A stretch of DNA of 64,000 nucleotides, from the NCBI GenBank assembly GCA_973895155.1, contig OZ316891.1:24489899-24553898 (forward strand), in the 5' to 3' direction. The stretch's first letter is position 1, and each line of letters begins with the position of its first letter. Shown in pieces: positions 25,112-36,546 of this stretch. This stretch comes from Marsupella aquatica (Eukaryota; Plantae; Marchantiophyta). The position numbers and the translations under genes were made by a program. Under the pieces are notes generated by a model, which saw nothing but the letters and a program-made list of their open reading frames with translations, did not search any database and had not been told where the DNA came from.

Positions 25112-26071
25112 GTGCCCCGTAGGCCCCCTCCTCCATTGATCTCTAAAGAGCTATGGCTAGACACATTCTTGGCTAGTGCAAGGCGGATGCTTGCATCAAC
25201 ATCTACACCCCCTTCTCCTGCCCCGCGCCCCAATGGTGAGGGCGGGAGTGTACCTGTAGCAAGGGTGGAGGACATTGAGCAAGGTGACCTGGAGGTACCT
25301 CCATCTAGGGTTTTACGCACCCGCCCACGCTCCCATAGGCATAGGAGACATTACAAACCATTGGGCACTCGTGAGTCTCAAGACCCAAACTTGGTAGGTC
25401 CGCCTATGATGATGCCAGGTGAGGGTTATGTGGTAGTGGAGGGTAGGTTGGGATTGTCATATCTCACTGGAAAGGCGTTGCCTCTTGTGAAGGACTTCTC
25501 GTCTGAGATATTCAAAATCCCTCAAGGCATACCCACTAATGCCCCTATAGAGATATGGGGCCGTCATTGGATAGTGCAGTCATCTTCCCTTGGTGTTGAT
25601 GTAGGATTTGGGTTATTTGCTTTGGAGGACATTGTGGTCCATCCAAAGCCATGGTGAAGAGGTTATGATGGGGAACACTTATTTCCTTACATTGGCCCTA
25701 TATACACTGCCAAGAATTGGAACATTATTTTGCGGCAACAACCATCATGGGGAGTGTATGCATTGCAAATGGATTCCGATCCGAATGAGATCCTCAAGAG
25801 GCCTTGGCATTGTAGGATGATTGATGGTGATCCTGTGCGATGTGATAACATCGTTGGGTATATCAATAGTACCAAAGGGAGAGGACGAGGACTTCAACCA
25901 AATGTAGAGTGGGTTCAGATTTTTGGGGCACCGCCACCACCTTACTATGTCAAGCATATGGATGACCATGTTATGACTATAGCCATTAGGACTATTAGGG
26001 CTGGTGAGGAACTCTTTTGTGACTATGATTGGAACGCGCCTAAGATGGCCATACGGTGTTGTCCTTCATAG
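25112..26071 (+). pseudogene. SET-domain (lysine methyltransferase-like) terminal exon
   Basis: Acceptor TAG|GTG. ORFs 25112-25657 and 25730-26071 are in one frame across a single TGA (25655-25657). Motifs SSLGVDVGFGLFALEDI, FPYIG, IDG..DNIVGYINS..PN and AIRTIRAGEELFCDYDW correspond to SET motifs I-IV. Confidence 0.88.
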
Positions 26072-26258
26072 CACATACAAACATGTGTATATGTTCACTT
26101 TTATAAAAATATTACTTGAGTCATTCTCTAATTGGTTTCAAGAGCTATGGAGTCTTTTGACTCATTCATATATGGATGTCTCAATTGTTGGTTGAGAGAC
26201 CTGGACTTATATCATTCTCATTGTTTTCTTTTGTGTATGATAGAATGCATTTGTTCAG

Positions 26259-29062
26259 CCAGATATTGAGGTATTATCACGAGCTGTGCGACAACATCTC
26301 CTTCAGGCCATGGATGGTAGGCAAGGGGGTCAACCTTTTGAGGATATGGACATTCCACATGAACTACCTAATGCTACCCAAGAAAGAGTGGATGAGGACC
26401 GGGCTATGGATGAGTTGATGCACCAATTCATGGATGCAGATGAGGGTGATCCCCGGGGTGATCATGACCCAGGTGACTAGGAGGACATTGACTTACCTCC
26501 TCCTCATAGGCATACTCCTTCACGGAATCCACACTCGCACCAGTGGGAGGAGGCTCAAGAGCATGCACGAACTCGTCTTTTTGAGGGGTCTAGATTATCT
26601 CGTCTTTCAGCAATCATGTTATTACTGAACTTGCAGCAAAGACATGGAGCAAGCAACTTGCTTCTTGATGATATTTTCAGGACATTGCATGATCGTATGT
26701 TACCAGAGGGGAACAACTTGCCAGCATCATGGAAAGAGGCGAAGAAAGTGTTGAAGTCCATAGGCCTCAAGTATGAGGTCATACATGTTTGTGTGAATGA
26801 TTGTGTTTTGTTTAGGAAGGAGCACTCAAATGCTCTTACATGTCCTGTGTGCAACGCGCCAAGATATCATGAGGATATGTTGACAGGAAGAGTACCTCAA
26901 AAGGTTATGAGGTACTTTCCCCTTATTCCTTGTTTGCGTCACCAGTTTCGATGCGCAGAGTTGGCTAAGTATATGGTATGGCATTCCCAACACAGTTCAG
27001 ACACTACTCAGGATCCAACCATGCGCATGATGGTTGACTCTCCTGCAAACAGATTTGTGGAAGAGTGTTGGGGTGAGTTCAAGACTGACCCTCGTCATGT
27101 TCACCTTGGTTTGGCATCAGACGGCATTAGCCCATTTGCACTGGCCGGCAAGGCCAAACCATACTCTGTATGGCCAGTAGTCCTCACTAACTACAACATC
27201 CCACCATGGATGGCCATGAAGAAGGGTCATTTGCTCCTATCTATGATTATTCTTGGCCCTAAGCAAGTGAAGAAGATTGATGTATACTTGCAACCGTTGA
27301 TTGAGGAGCTACAGAAACTTTGGGGGGGTGGATTGCTATGATGGTTGAGTGCATACAGGGGGCTTACCCCGTGAGTTTCAGCTCAAAGCCATTCTTATAT
27401 GGACCATGCATGATCTTCCAGGTACCCAACTCTTTATAAATTAAGTATGGCTTGTGCAGCTACCCATATATATATATCGTTCTGTTTATTTTGTTCCCTT
27501 TGGTTTGGTTTCAAAACTTAATGGGTTTTAATTTGTGACCATTGTTTGTGAAGGGTTTGGATATATTTCTGGCTTGCAAACTTCTGGATATCGTGCTTGC
27601 CCGACTTGTGGACCAGACTTGGAGGGAGTGGCCCGCCCAAAGTCTACCACCCTGCGGAAGATAGTTTACATTGGTCACACAAAGTATCTTCTTGAGGGGC
27701 ATGACTGGAGGTATGATCCATTTTTGTATGACACGGATGAGGGCCAGCCAGACACAAGACCTCAGCCTTTACCAAAGGACCCAATATATTGGAAGGAGGT
27801 ATGGGAGAGGGTGACTGATCCAAATGACCCGTTTGTCTGCATTGGCACAACTTCCATATTGGGAACACATGCCGATAAATCATCTATTGGACCCTATGCA
27901 TATTGAGGGGAATGTTGGGAGGTCATTGATCCGCCATCTATATGGAGAGAAAAACAACAATTGGAGGGAGAGTTGTGAGGAGATGGGGATGCATGGCCTT
28001 CATGGTTTTTGGCCATCTATGGACCCTGACCCTCCCCTTACTATCCATCCCCCATGGGTTTTCACAAGGAGTGAGCGAATAGAGTTTTGCAAGCGGATAG
28101 GGTCAATGCGGTTTCCTACAGGGTATGGTGCCAATCTTCGCAAGACATTTGGTGGAGATGACTCTCCAAAATGGCCAGCTTTCTTGAAGGCCCACGATTA
28201 TCATCGTCTATTGCAACACGTTATTCCAGTTGCTATTATTGGATTGGGCAGCGAGGATCTTCGGGATGCACTTTGGTCATTGGGTAGATTGTTGAGATGG
28301 GTTTGTCAAAAGGAGGTCAACGAGGGAGAGATTGCTGCCATGGAGGTATTTGGAGTGGAGGTTGTGTGCAAGTTGGAGCGAGCACTCCCTCCTTCCTTCT
28401 TTGATGGTCAAGTTCATTTTCTTGTACATCTAGTGCGTGAAGTAGCCATTGCAGGCCCAGTACATTGTCGTTGGATGTATTGGGTAGAGCGATTCATGGG
28501 AGTCATGAAATCATATGTATCAAACCGTGCTAGGGTGGAAGGTAGCATTGCCGAACGTCACCTTGGAGCAGAGAGTATGTTCTATTGTACAAACATTGTG
28601 GCTACACTTGATCCAAATGCTCCAAGGGGTTGGATAGATGAGTCAGCACGAGAGGCAGATTATGAGGAGGATAGACTCACTGGAGCAAAGGGAGAACGAT
28701 TACTAGGCTCTGCTGAACATCTGCAACTCACCACATTCATGTTGTATAACTCACCAGAGATTGCAGGGGAGTGGACTGCATTTTATGAGGAGGAGAAGAG
28801 TAATAGTCGTCGGCCACGCCTCTTCCCCAAGTTTCTCCCATATATGAAGGAGAAGTTGACAGAGATTGATGCCTTGTTGGGTCAGGGTGAGAGTGTTTTG
28901 CACTTTTCGAAGGTCACCAATGACATGCGCACCCTTGTTCATGGTCCATTACTCACGGTCACGACTCGAACAACCATGTGGTCAAAGGGGAGGCATTTTT
29001 GAATCCAACATCTTGATATGAAGAGAGCAGCAACACAAGATTGTGGGGTGATGGGGTGGTTC
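26259..29062 (+). pseudogene. TnpD: CACTA transposase TnpD (Transposase_21 + DUF4218 region), interrupted
   Basis: LPEGNNLP..IHVCVNDCVLF..CPVC, LGLASDG, YSVWPVVLTNYNIPPW, WTMHDLPG, LDPMHIEGNV, HFLVHL..GPVHCRWMYWVERFM. Intron ~27422-27553, frameshifts near 27325 and 27830, stops at 26478 and 29000. Confidence 0.92.
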
Positions 29063-30327
29063 GAGGTGTTTACAAAAGACAGCAAACAGGAAACAGGATT
29101 TAATAACAGAAACTAGTAACAGGAAAAAAAACTGGTAACAGGAAAATGGGTCCACCGGAAAAAAATTGGTCCACCGGCCCAAAGCTAGCCAAAAATCTTG
29201 CATTGTTAATTTTTTTTGGAAATAACATGTTTTAGGAGACATTTTTAAATTATTATTTTTCCTGGTAACAGTGATTTTTTCCTGGTAATAGGGGCCTGAC
29301 CTCCGTGACAGGAAACAGTAAACAGGAAAAATCATAACAGGAGTTTTTGCGCTCACGTTGTCATAATGGGATAAGTTTACTAGCGTCGGGCGCTAGCCAA
29401 AATACAATGGTACGTTTTCATATTAGTTGCAAGGGTTACAATTAGCAAATTACATCACATGTTAGGCAAACAAAATGTGCATGGTTTATTGGAAAATATG
29501 TAATTTATATTTTTTCAATGGATACTTAACATTTTGGCAAGGGTTATCATTAACACCCCCTCCCGACGCTAGCCAAAATACCATCATAGTTTTTACATAG
29601 TGACAAGATTTACAATTAATATACTGTTGTAATAGACAACTAAAGGAAAACACTCAAAGATACTCCAACAAGATAGATCCATTACTATTGATGAGGGGAT
29701 ATATATATCCCCTTGGTTACATGGTAGGCAAATGCCCTTATACTGGTCCTATGGTTAGGAGTTCTCATACTATGGTTAAGGGTTCTCGCCCTATGGTTAA
29801 GGGGTAAACTAGGGTTTACAACACTCCCCCTTGGTTAGTTTATGGAGGAGCATAAAGTAACCACATCTCTTGAACCTAGGGTATAATCCGGTTTAGGGGT
29901 CCACCTGTGTGATGTAGCCTCATTAAAACCTCGCCGCTTTCTTCTCGAGGAAAGAGTGCTACCATCACTTATATAGGTGGTTTCCCATATCTAATGTCCT
30001 GGTTAAGCCTTTTTGCCATGTCTTAGTTAGTGTTGATCGTATGTGCTAAGTGGGGTTATGTGAATGTTCCTAATGGGTGTCTAGTCTCCCCCTCAGCTCG
30101 TTGCCTGGTGTGCGTCTCGTGTTGTTCTTCATGTCGTTTTGCGTATTGCGCTTCGCTTCGTGTTGTGCTTTGGGTTAGTGAGGCCAAGTCGGGCGTTTTT
30201 GCGTTGGTTTGCGTTGTTTCACGTCGGGGATGTGGTGTGGCGCTCGCCGAGTGTGGTGGTCGGGCATCTGGAGGCGGCTTCATCGGGCGACAGTTTCGTC
30301 GTTGGGTAATCCTTTCGAGCTTCAGTG

Positions 30328-33300
30328 TTATGAGGTGGGCTTGATCGTGGACAATCTGCTCATGCCTATACCTTCGAGGTGCGCTCTGTGCAATCCGGCT
30401 GGTAGTGGTTTCGTAAACATGTCTGCTCGATTGTCCTGAGATTTGATCCATGCAACATTGATACTTTTCCCTTGTTGTTCTTGCGTGAAGAAATACTTGG
30501 GGTCAATATGCTTGGTCCTCTCGGTCTTCAGGATTCCGTTGGTTATCTGGTCGATACACGCCTTATTGTCTTTGTAGATTGTGGTTGGCTCTGTTATCTG
30601 TGGTTTACCGGTGCTGGACCTAATATGATTGATAATGCTTCGTAGCCATACAGCTTCTCTGCACGCCTCGTATAACGCTATGATTTCCGAGTGGTTGGAT
30701 GACGTTGTGGTCATCGTTTGCTTTGAACTTCGCCAAGATATTGCTGTCGTCCCCTGTAAGAACACGTACCCAGTCTGTGATTTGGAGTCCTGGGGGTCCG
30801 ACAGGTAGCCGGCATCAGTGTAACCGGTAAGCGTATCGGGGCTATTCTTAGGAAAGAATAGTCCAAGGTCGATCGTCCCTTGTAGGTATCTCATGATCCT
30901 CTTGATGCCGTTCCAATGCCTGATGGTGGGCTGTGCGCTGTGTCTCGCTAAGAGACTGACGGCGAACGATATGTCAGGTCTCGTCTGGTTCGCTAGATAC
31001 ATAAGGGCGCCCACCGCTGATAGGTACGGTTTTTCTGATCCCAGTATGGGTTCGTCTTCTTGGCGCTTCCGAAACATATCTTTGATCGGGTCTAGAGATC
31101 TGAGTTCCATCGGGGTGGAGACAGGGTAGGATTTCTGCATGTTGAATTGATGAAGTATCTTCTGCGTGTATGTCGATTGGTAAAGGAATATGCCTGTTTC
31201 TAAGTGTTCGATCTGCAGGCCTAGGCAGTGGTTGGGTCTTCCAAGGTCCTTCATCTCGAAGACTCCTTTCAGTGTATGTATTGTGTCTTTCATCATCTGT
31301 TTAGTCCCGAATAAGTTCACATCGTCCACGTACAGTGCTAGTATCAGGACTTCGTCCATATGCTTTTTGATGAAGCTGCAGGGTGCCAGTCCGCTATTTG
31401 TAAATCCGAGGGCGAGCATCTCTGTCTGGAATTTCTGATACCAGATTCTGCCGCTCTGTTTAAGTCCGTTGATGGAACGTAACACTTGGACTGTAAGTTT
31501 TGTTGTTAATTTCTTTCCTCTGGTATGCATTGCCTGTGTATTTCCACTTTGCATCAAGAGGGCCTTTGTATCCCCATCAGGTATTATTTGGCTGATGCCC
31601 TTTTTAATCTCTGTATTCAGGTTCTGGGACGTCTCCCCCTGAATGTGCTGCTTGACCCTCTCTATCAGTTCCGGGGGGGCAGTCATGTATATCTCAGTAT
31701 CGAGTGTGCCGTAAAGGTACGCGGTTACCACGTCCATAAGGTTATTAACCAGTTTATGGTGGACTGAATGTGCTGTGAGATAGCGATATGTAGTAGCGTC
31801 CATTACTGGTGAGTATGTTAAATCGTAGTCCCTGCCCGGGATTTGTGTGTAGCCTTTGGCTACTAGCCGGGCTCGATATCTTACTACTATGCCTTTCTCA
31901 TTTCGTTTTTTCAAGAATGTAAATCGAGAGTCGGTGTAATGTGTACCTGGTAATGCCATTTTAAATGGTCCGAATACTTGTCGCTTGATGAGGGCGTCCA
32001 TCTCGGTATGTATTGCTGCTTGCCACTTTGGCCAATCTGGTTGTTTCTTTGCCTCGTTTATAGTGAGCGGATCAGGAATATCGTTGGTGATTTCCTGTAT
32101 TACGTTATAGGCAAATTGTTCATCAATTTGGGTTGTCGGTCGTTTATATATGTTACCTGTTTGCATGTATGTGATTGACATTTCCTCGTTTTCTTCGCTC
32201 AATGGGTCGTTTTGATTTATCGCTGTCACGTTAAGTGTGATCGCTGGTTCCAGCGCGGGTGTACCCAAGTTTGCTGCTGGAGTTTTACGTTGGCGAGGCT
32301 GGGAGTCCTTGATCCCTGGTGGTCTGCCTCGCTTTGCTCTGGGGGCTGTTACATTGGCCGGTGTCGAGGAGGTTTGTACTCGCGATGGCGCATTAGCTGC
32401 TAAGTTGTGGGATCTTGTGACATTTGCAGCGTCGTTAAATGAGTCTGGAATCTTTTCGAGCATTTCATGTAGGTGGAGAAGTCTTCTGACTTCTTCGTCT
32501 GCCTGCTTGGTTCTGGGGTCATTTCTGTTTTGGTCTGCTTTCCAATTTATGGGCATTTTCGTTGTGTCCTTGGATTGTGTTGATGCTGTATTCGTGAGCT
32601 GTGGGAATTGATCTTCATAAAAATGGCAGTCCTGATGTCTTGCCTTGAACAGGTCTGCCGTAGTCGGTTCAAGGTATCTAATGATCGAAGTAGAGTCAAA
32701 CCCAACATAGATACCTGCATTCCGTTGGGGTCCGAGTTTTGTTCTCTTTGGTCCTAAGATAGGCACCATTACCTGGCATCCGAAAACGCGTAGGTGGGAC
32801 AGGTCCGGTGGTATGCCGAACGCCAGGTGGTATGGTGTCTTAGAGTTATATGCTGACGGTCTATATTGGATTAGTGCAGCTGCGTGAAGGATGGCATGTC
32901 CCCATGCTGATGTGGGTAAGTTTGACTTCATTAACAGTGGTCTTGCCACCATTTGAAGTCTCTTAATAACCGACTCAGCTATACCGTTCTGAAAATGAAC
33001 GTGGGGAACTGGATATTGAGTATCGATGCCCGCTGCCCAGCAAAAGTCGTCGAATGTTCTTGATGTGAACTCGCCAGCTCCATCTACTCTTAATCTTCTT
33101 GTAGGATACTCTGGGAACTGTGCTCTTAATTTAAGAATATGTGCTAAGATCCGCGCAAATGCCAAGTTGCGGGTAGATAGCAATGAAATCTGCAGCCATT
33201 TAGTTGATGAGTCGATGATTACCAGGAAATATTTGAAAGGGCCGCTCGGGGGGTCTATAGGTCCGCAGATATCTGCATTGATCTGCTCTAGGAACTGTGG

Positions 33301-33546
33301 TATTGAAAATATTGTTTTTGGTATTGATGGTCGTATGGTCATTTTTCCTTGTGAGCACGCTATGCAGGCTGTTTTTAACTTTGGCTTGACTGTCTTGGGG
33401 ATTCCTTTGGAGTCCCTTATAATCCTGTTGTACATAGTGGTACCCGGGTGGCCCAGTCGACAGTGCCAGATGTATGTCATATCCTCTGATTCTTGGTGTA
33501 TATGGAATGTTTGGATACTGGTTGCGTATAGGCCTGGGGGGATCAA
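30328..33546 (-). CDS. pol: Copia pol: integrase, reverse transcriptase, RNase H
   Basis: WHCRLGHP..CIAC, ADICGP..LRVDGAGEF..NGIAES, RLVAKGYTQ, YVDD, YTDAGY, RTKHI, ADMFTKPL. Confidence 0.95.
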   Translation of the reverse strand: MIPPGLYATSIQTFHIHQESEDMTYIWHCRLGHPGTTMYNRIIRDSKGIPKTVKPKLKTACIACSQGKMTIRPSIPKTIFSIPQFLEQINADICGPIDPPSGPFKYFLVIIDSSTKWLQISLLSTRNLAFARILAHILKLRAQFPEYPTRRLRVDGAGEFTSRTFDDFCWAAGIDTQYPVPHVHFQNGIAESVIKRLQMVARPLLMKSNLPTSAWGHAILHAAALIQYRPSAYNSKTPYHLAFGIPPDLSHLRVFGCQVMVPILGPKRTKLGPQRNAGIYVGFDSTSIIRYLEPTTADLFKARHQDCHFYEDQFPQLTNTASTQSKDTTKMPINWKADQNRNDPRTKQADEEVRRLLHLHEMLEKIPDSFNDAANVTRSHNLAANAPSRVQTSSTPANVTAPRAKRGRPPGIKDSQPRQRKTPAANLGTPALEPAITLNVTAINQNDPLSEENEEMSITYMQTGNIYKRPTTQIDEQFAYNVIQEITNDIPDPLTINEAKKQPDWPKWQAAIHTEMDALIKRQVFGPFKMALPGTHYTDSRFTFLKKRNEKGIVVRYRARLVAKGYTQIPGRDYDLTYSPVMDATTYRYLTAHSVHHKLVNNLMDVVTAYLYGTLDTEIYMTAPPELIERVKQHIQGETSQNLNTEIKKGISQIIPDGDTKALLMQSGNTQAMHTRGKKLTTKLTVQVLRSINGLKQSGRIWYQKFQTEMLALGFTNSGLAPCSFIKKHMDEVLILALYVDDVNLFGTKQMMKDTIHTLKGVFEMKDLGRPNHCLGLQIEHLETGIFLYQSTYTQKILHQFNMQKSYPVSTPMELRSLDPIKDMFRKRQEDEPILGSEKPYLSAVGALMYLANQTRPDISFAVSLLARHSAQPTIRHWNGIKRIMRYLQGTIDLGLFFPKNSPDTLTGYTDAGYLSDPQDSKSQTGYVFLQGTTAISWRSSKQTMTTTSSNHSEIIALYEACREAVWLRSIINHIRSSTGKPQITEPTTIYKDNKACIDQITNGILKTERTKHIDPKYFFTQEQQGKSINVAWIKSQDNRADMFTKPLPAGLHRAHLEGIGMSRLSTIKPTS

Positions 33547-34940
33547 TGCAAATGTTTCTTTAATGGATGGCTTACCTGTATGTCTTGTATGATCTGTAAT
33601 GTCTCTGTTTTGCCCTGAGTATTCGTGCGCAGTTGGAGGTTATTGGATCTGATATCCTGGAAGCTGATGAGGTTTCGGGTTGCTTTCGGGGCATAAATTG
33701 CTGACTTCACGGTGATTTTAGTTCCTCCTGGTAGTATAAATGTGGCTCGTCCTTTGCCTTCTTCTATATGATTAAGTCCTGCTATGGTGGTGATAGCGCG
33801 GGATGATGGGGTGATGGCCTCGAAATACTTGCTGTGTTTTAAGATAGTATGTGAGGTTCCGCTGTCGATGATGCCCGTATCGGGGTCGTCTAATGTCGGG
33901 TATTTCCAGTCAGTAAGAGAGGTATGTACTTCTATCTGTTCTTGTGTTTCTTCTCTCTGAGAGGCAATCAATTCTTCTTCTATCTCCATATAATGTCCTT
34001 GGGGGTTTTGTCTGGACTTATTTCTGTCGTTTATGTATCTGTGGGCCTCTTGTTCTGTGGCTGCACATGCGTTTCTAATGTGGCCAATTTTGCCACATCG
34101 GTAACACATTTTCTGGGAATTGTTTGCAGTGTCGTATTGGTTGCTTCGTCCTCTTCCTCTATTATTCATGGTGCCTCTGCGCCACGTGTTATTGGATCCG
34201 GAGGGTCGGTTATAAGGTTTGCCTTGTCCTCTGAATTGATTTCTCCCGCCCCTGAATTGGTTTCTTCCGCCTCTGAATTGAGTTCGTCCGCCCCGGTAAT
34301 TTCCTCGTTGTTTGTCTTCATAATTGGTGTAGTGGGTTTCAGGTCGATGTGGTGGGGGGTCTGATCCTGCTGGGCGCTTTCTGGCGTTTTGCAAGGCCAC
34401 GATCTGTTGCTTCTCTTCCACAAGTAAGTGAGCAATCAGATCTGAGTACTTAGTGAAACGCATGTTCCTATATTGTGTACCTAATGTGATATTAGATTCA
34501 GGGAATGTCGATAGTGTCTTATCGATTCTATCTATGTCATTTATTGGATGTCCACACATTTCTAATTGAGATGTAATTCTGCACAGTGCGCTATTGTAAT
34601 TGGCAATTGTGGTGTGGTCCATGACGCGCAGGTTATGCCAATCCCTTCTTGCCTCTGGGAGCCATATCTCCCTCATATGATCAAATCGGGCTTTGAGGAG
34701 ATCCCATAGTTTTCTTGGATTAATTTCGTTCATATACTCATTCTTTAGTTGAGGGGTTAGATGTTGCCTGAGTAGAAACGCTGCCTTAGCCTTTTGTTTG
34801 AGCGTGACATCGATGTCGGTATCTAAGGTGTCTTCAAGGTCTTGTGATGTAAAGTAAGTTTCGACATCTGTGATCCACGTCAAATAGTTGGATCCGTCGA
34901 CTTTAAGTGCTGGCCATAATAATTTTTCGACTGTATTCAT
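33543..34940 (-). CDS. gag: Copia gag-protease (out of frame with INT-RT-RH)
   Basis: LKVDGSNYLTW, CYRCGKIGHIRNAC zinc knuckle, IIDSGTSHTI protease. Likely ATG at 34940. Confidence 0.9.
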   Translation of the reverse strand: MNTVEKLLWPALKVDGSNYLTWITDVETYFTSQDLEDTLDTDIDVTLKQKAKAAFLLRQHLTPQLKNEYMNEINPRKLWDLLKARFDHMREIWLPEARRDWHNLRVMDHTTIANYNSALCRITSQLEMCGHPINDIDRIDKTLSTFPESNITLGTQYRNMRFTKYSDLIAHLLVEEKQQIVALQNARKRPAGSDPPPHRPETHYTNYEDKQRGNYRGGRTQFRGGRNQFRGGRNQFRGQGKPYNRPSGSNNTWRRGTMNNRGRGRSNQYDTANNSQKMCYRCGKIGHIRNACAATEQEAHRYINDRNKSRQNPQGHYMEIEEELIASQREETQEQIEVHTSLTDWKYPTLDDPDTGIIDSGTSHTILKHSKYFEAITPSSRAITTIAGLNHIEEGKGRATFILPGGTKITVKSAIYAPKATRNLISFQDIRSNNLQLRTNTQGKTETLQIIQDIQVSHPLKKHLH

Positions 34941-35286
34941 TATTCGGGATGTCAGTTGATTTAAGAACTTTGGTGAAGATTGAATCGAGTGAAGTATCTC
35001 GATTGTACAATTGACCGGTTGGAAGCTTGTATATGGAGCTGAGGGAGCTTTCAATCATGCCAATAAAGTATTAGTCCTTTGGACTCTCGATATGCTGGTC
35101 CCGAATTGATGCTCTATGTGAAAAATTTCGTGTTTTGTAAAAAAAATTCAACTCTGAGGCAAAAGAATGGAGACCAAGAAAAAAAACGGTTATGGCAGTT
35201 TCTAAAAAAAATGCCACTTTACGAGCATTCTCCTCGTGTAAAACTCGATTGCATCTGCTTGAAAAAAAATGATTTTAGAGACTGGC

Positions 35287-35300
35287 TCGTGCTGATAACG
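35287..35300 (-). promoter_or_regulatory. Primer-binding site complementary to the anticodon arm of tRNA-Ile (half-tRNA priming)
   Basis: Plus strand TCGTGCTGATAACG abuts the 5' LTR. Plant tRNA-Ile(AAU) as recalled has TCGTGCTAATAACG. Confidence 0.7.
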
Positions 35301-36546
35301 TGTTGTAATAGACAACTAAAGGAAACACTCAAAGATACTCCAACAAGATATATCCCCTTGGTTACATGGTAGGCAAATGCCCTTATACTGGTCCTATGGT
35401 TAGGAGTTCTCATACTATGGTTAAGGGTTCTCGCCCTATGGTTAAGGGGTAAACTAGGGTTTACAACATATACAACAAATTCATATGTTTGTTGAACGCT
35501 TACAAAAATGCAATATACTTCTCCTATAATCCAAGTGCGTATTTCTTGCATTTGGCCAAATCTGATCCTCTTTAAATTCTAAGGAGGAGACTTAAAGTGT
35601 ACATCATCATCAAGTTTATTGAAAGAGTGCTTACGTGAGGGGCACAGTCTTGGCCAAAAAAATATTCATTTGGAAGATTTTTTAATCTAATTTCTAATTA
35701 AATCAAACCTTCAATATAGGAAATCTCATGGATGTTTTCGTAATTTCTTGAACATAAATATCAATGTATGGATATAATTTCACATGGGTAATAAAAATTT
35801 ATGAACCCATGTGACGGATATACACACAAATGGGATCAAATTATAAAATCAAGTGTGATTTGAATCTTTATTTCGCAAGAAAATCTGGGACAATATTAAT
35901 TTGACTAGTGTTTAAATTGTCTTTTTCAAACCACAAACATCATTATATTTTTCAAGTTGTTGATTCTATATATGTGGGTTGTTGTTATTTTCATAAAATT
36001 TCTTAGAATTACTTCTAAATTATTTTCATAAGAAGGTGATGTGCTTAAGAAAATGAGAAAAGTTTTGGGCTACAATAGGATTAGAGTTTGACGCTCTCTA
36101 GTGACCCCAAAATATCTAGTATAGAACAAGGAAAATATGATAGTAATGCCATACTCTACTATACAAAATTGGCATAATTTGATGTGTTTAAAGGTCATGA
36201 AGATTAAACTCTTGGATTAAATCTAGGAATAAATCCCATAATAGCTCCAGATGCAAAAGAAATTGAGACAAATTGAATATATTTATATGATATAATCCAT
36301 AATTTAGTACCTAATTGCTATCTCAATAGTCCTAAAATCTTGTGCAGAATGTATAATAGCGCTAGGCGCTATCATAAATCATATTTATTTGACGTATTGA
36401 TTGATAAAAGTAATAGGTGTTGTCATCAAATGACACATTTATGTGTAGAAACATCCATCATTTTTTAAAGAAAATTTGGCAGAAGAGTTAATTACAAGAA
36501 ATAATAAACATAAACCCATACAACAAATTTAATAAAAAAGATACAA

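Larger units (their letters stand above)
29625..35468 (-). mobile_element. Ty1/Copia LTR retrotransposon, Bianca lineage, near intact
   Basis: LTRs 29625-29823 and 35301-35468 (TG..CA), TSD TATAC, PPT AAGGGGGAG next to the left LTR, PBS CGTTATCAGCACGA, domain order gag-PR-INT-RT-RH. Confidence 0.95.

Noticed and set aside
30030-33592. Plus-strand and overlapping ORFs across the Copia pol
   Set aside because: Antisense or alternate-frame shadows of pol with no motifs.
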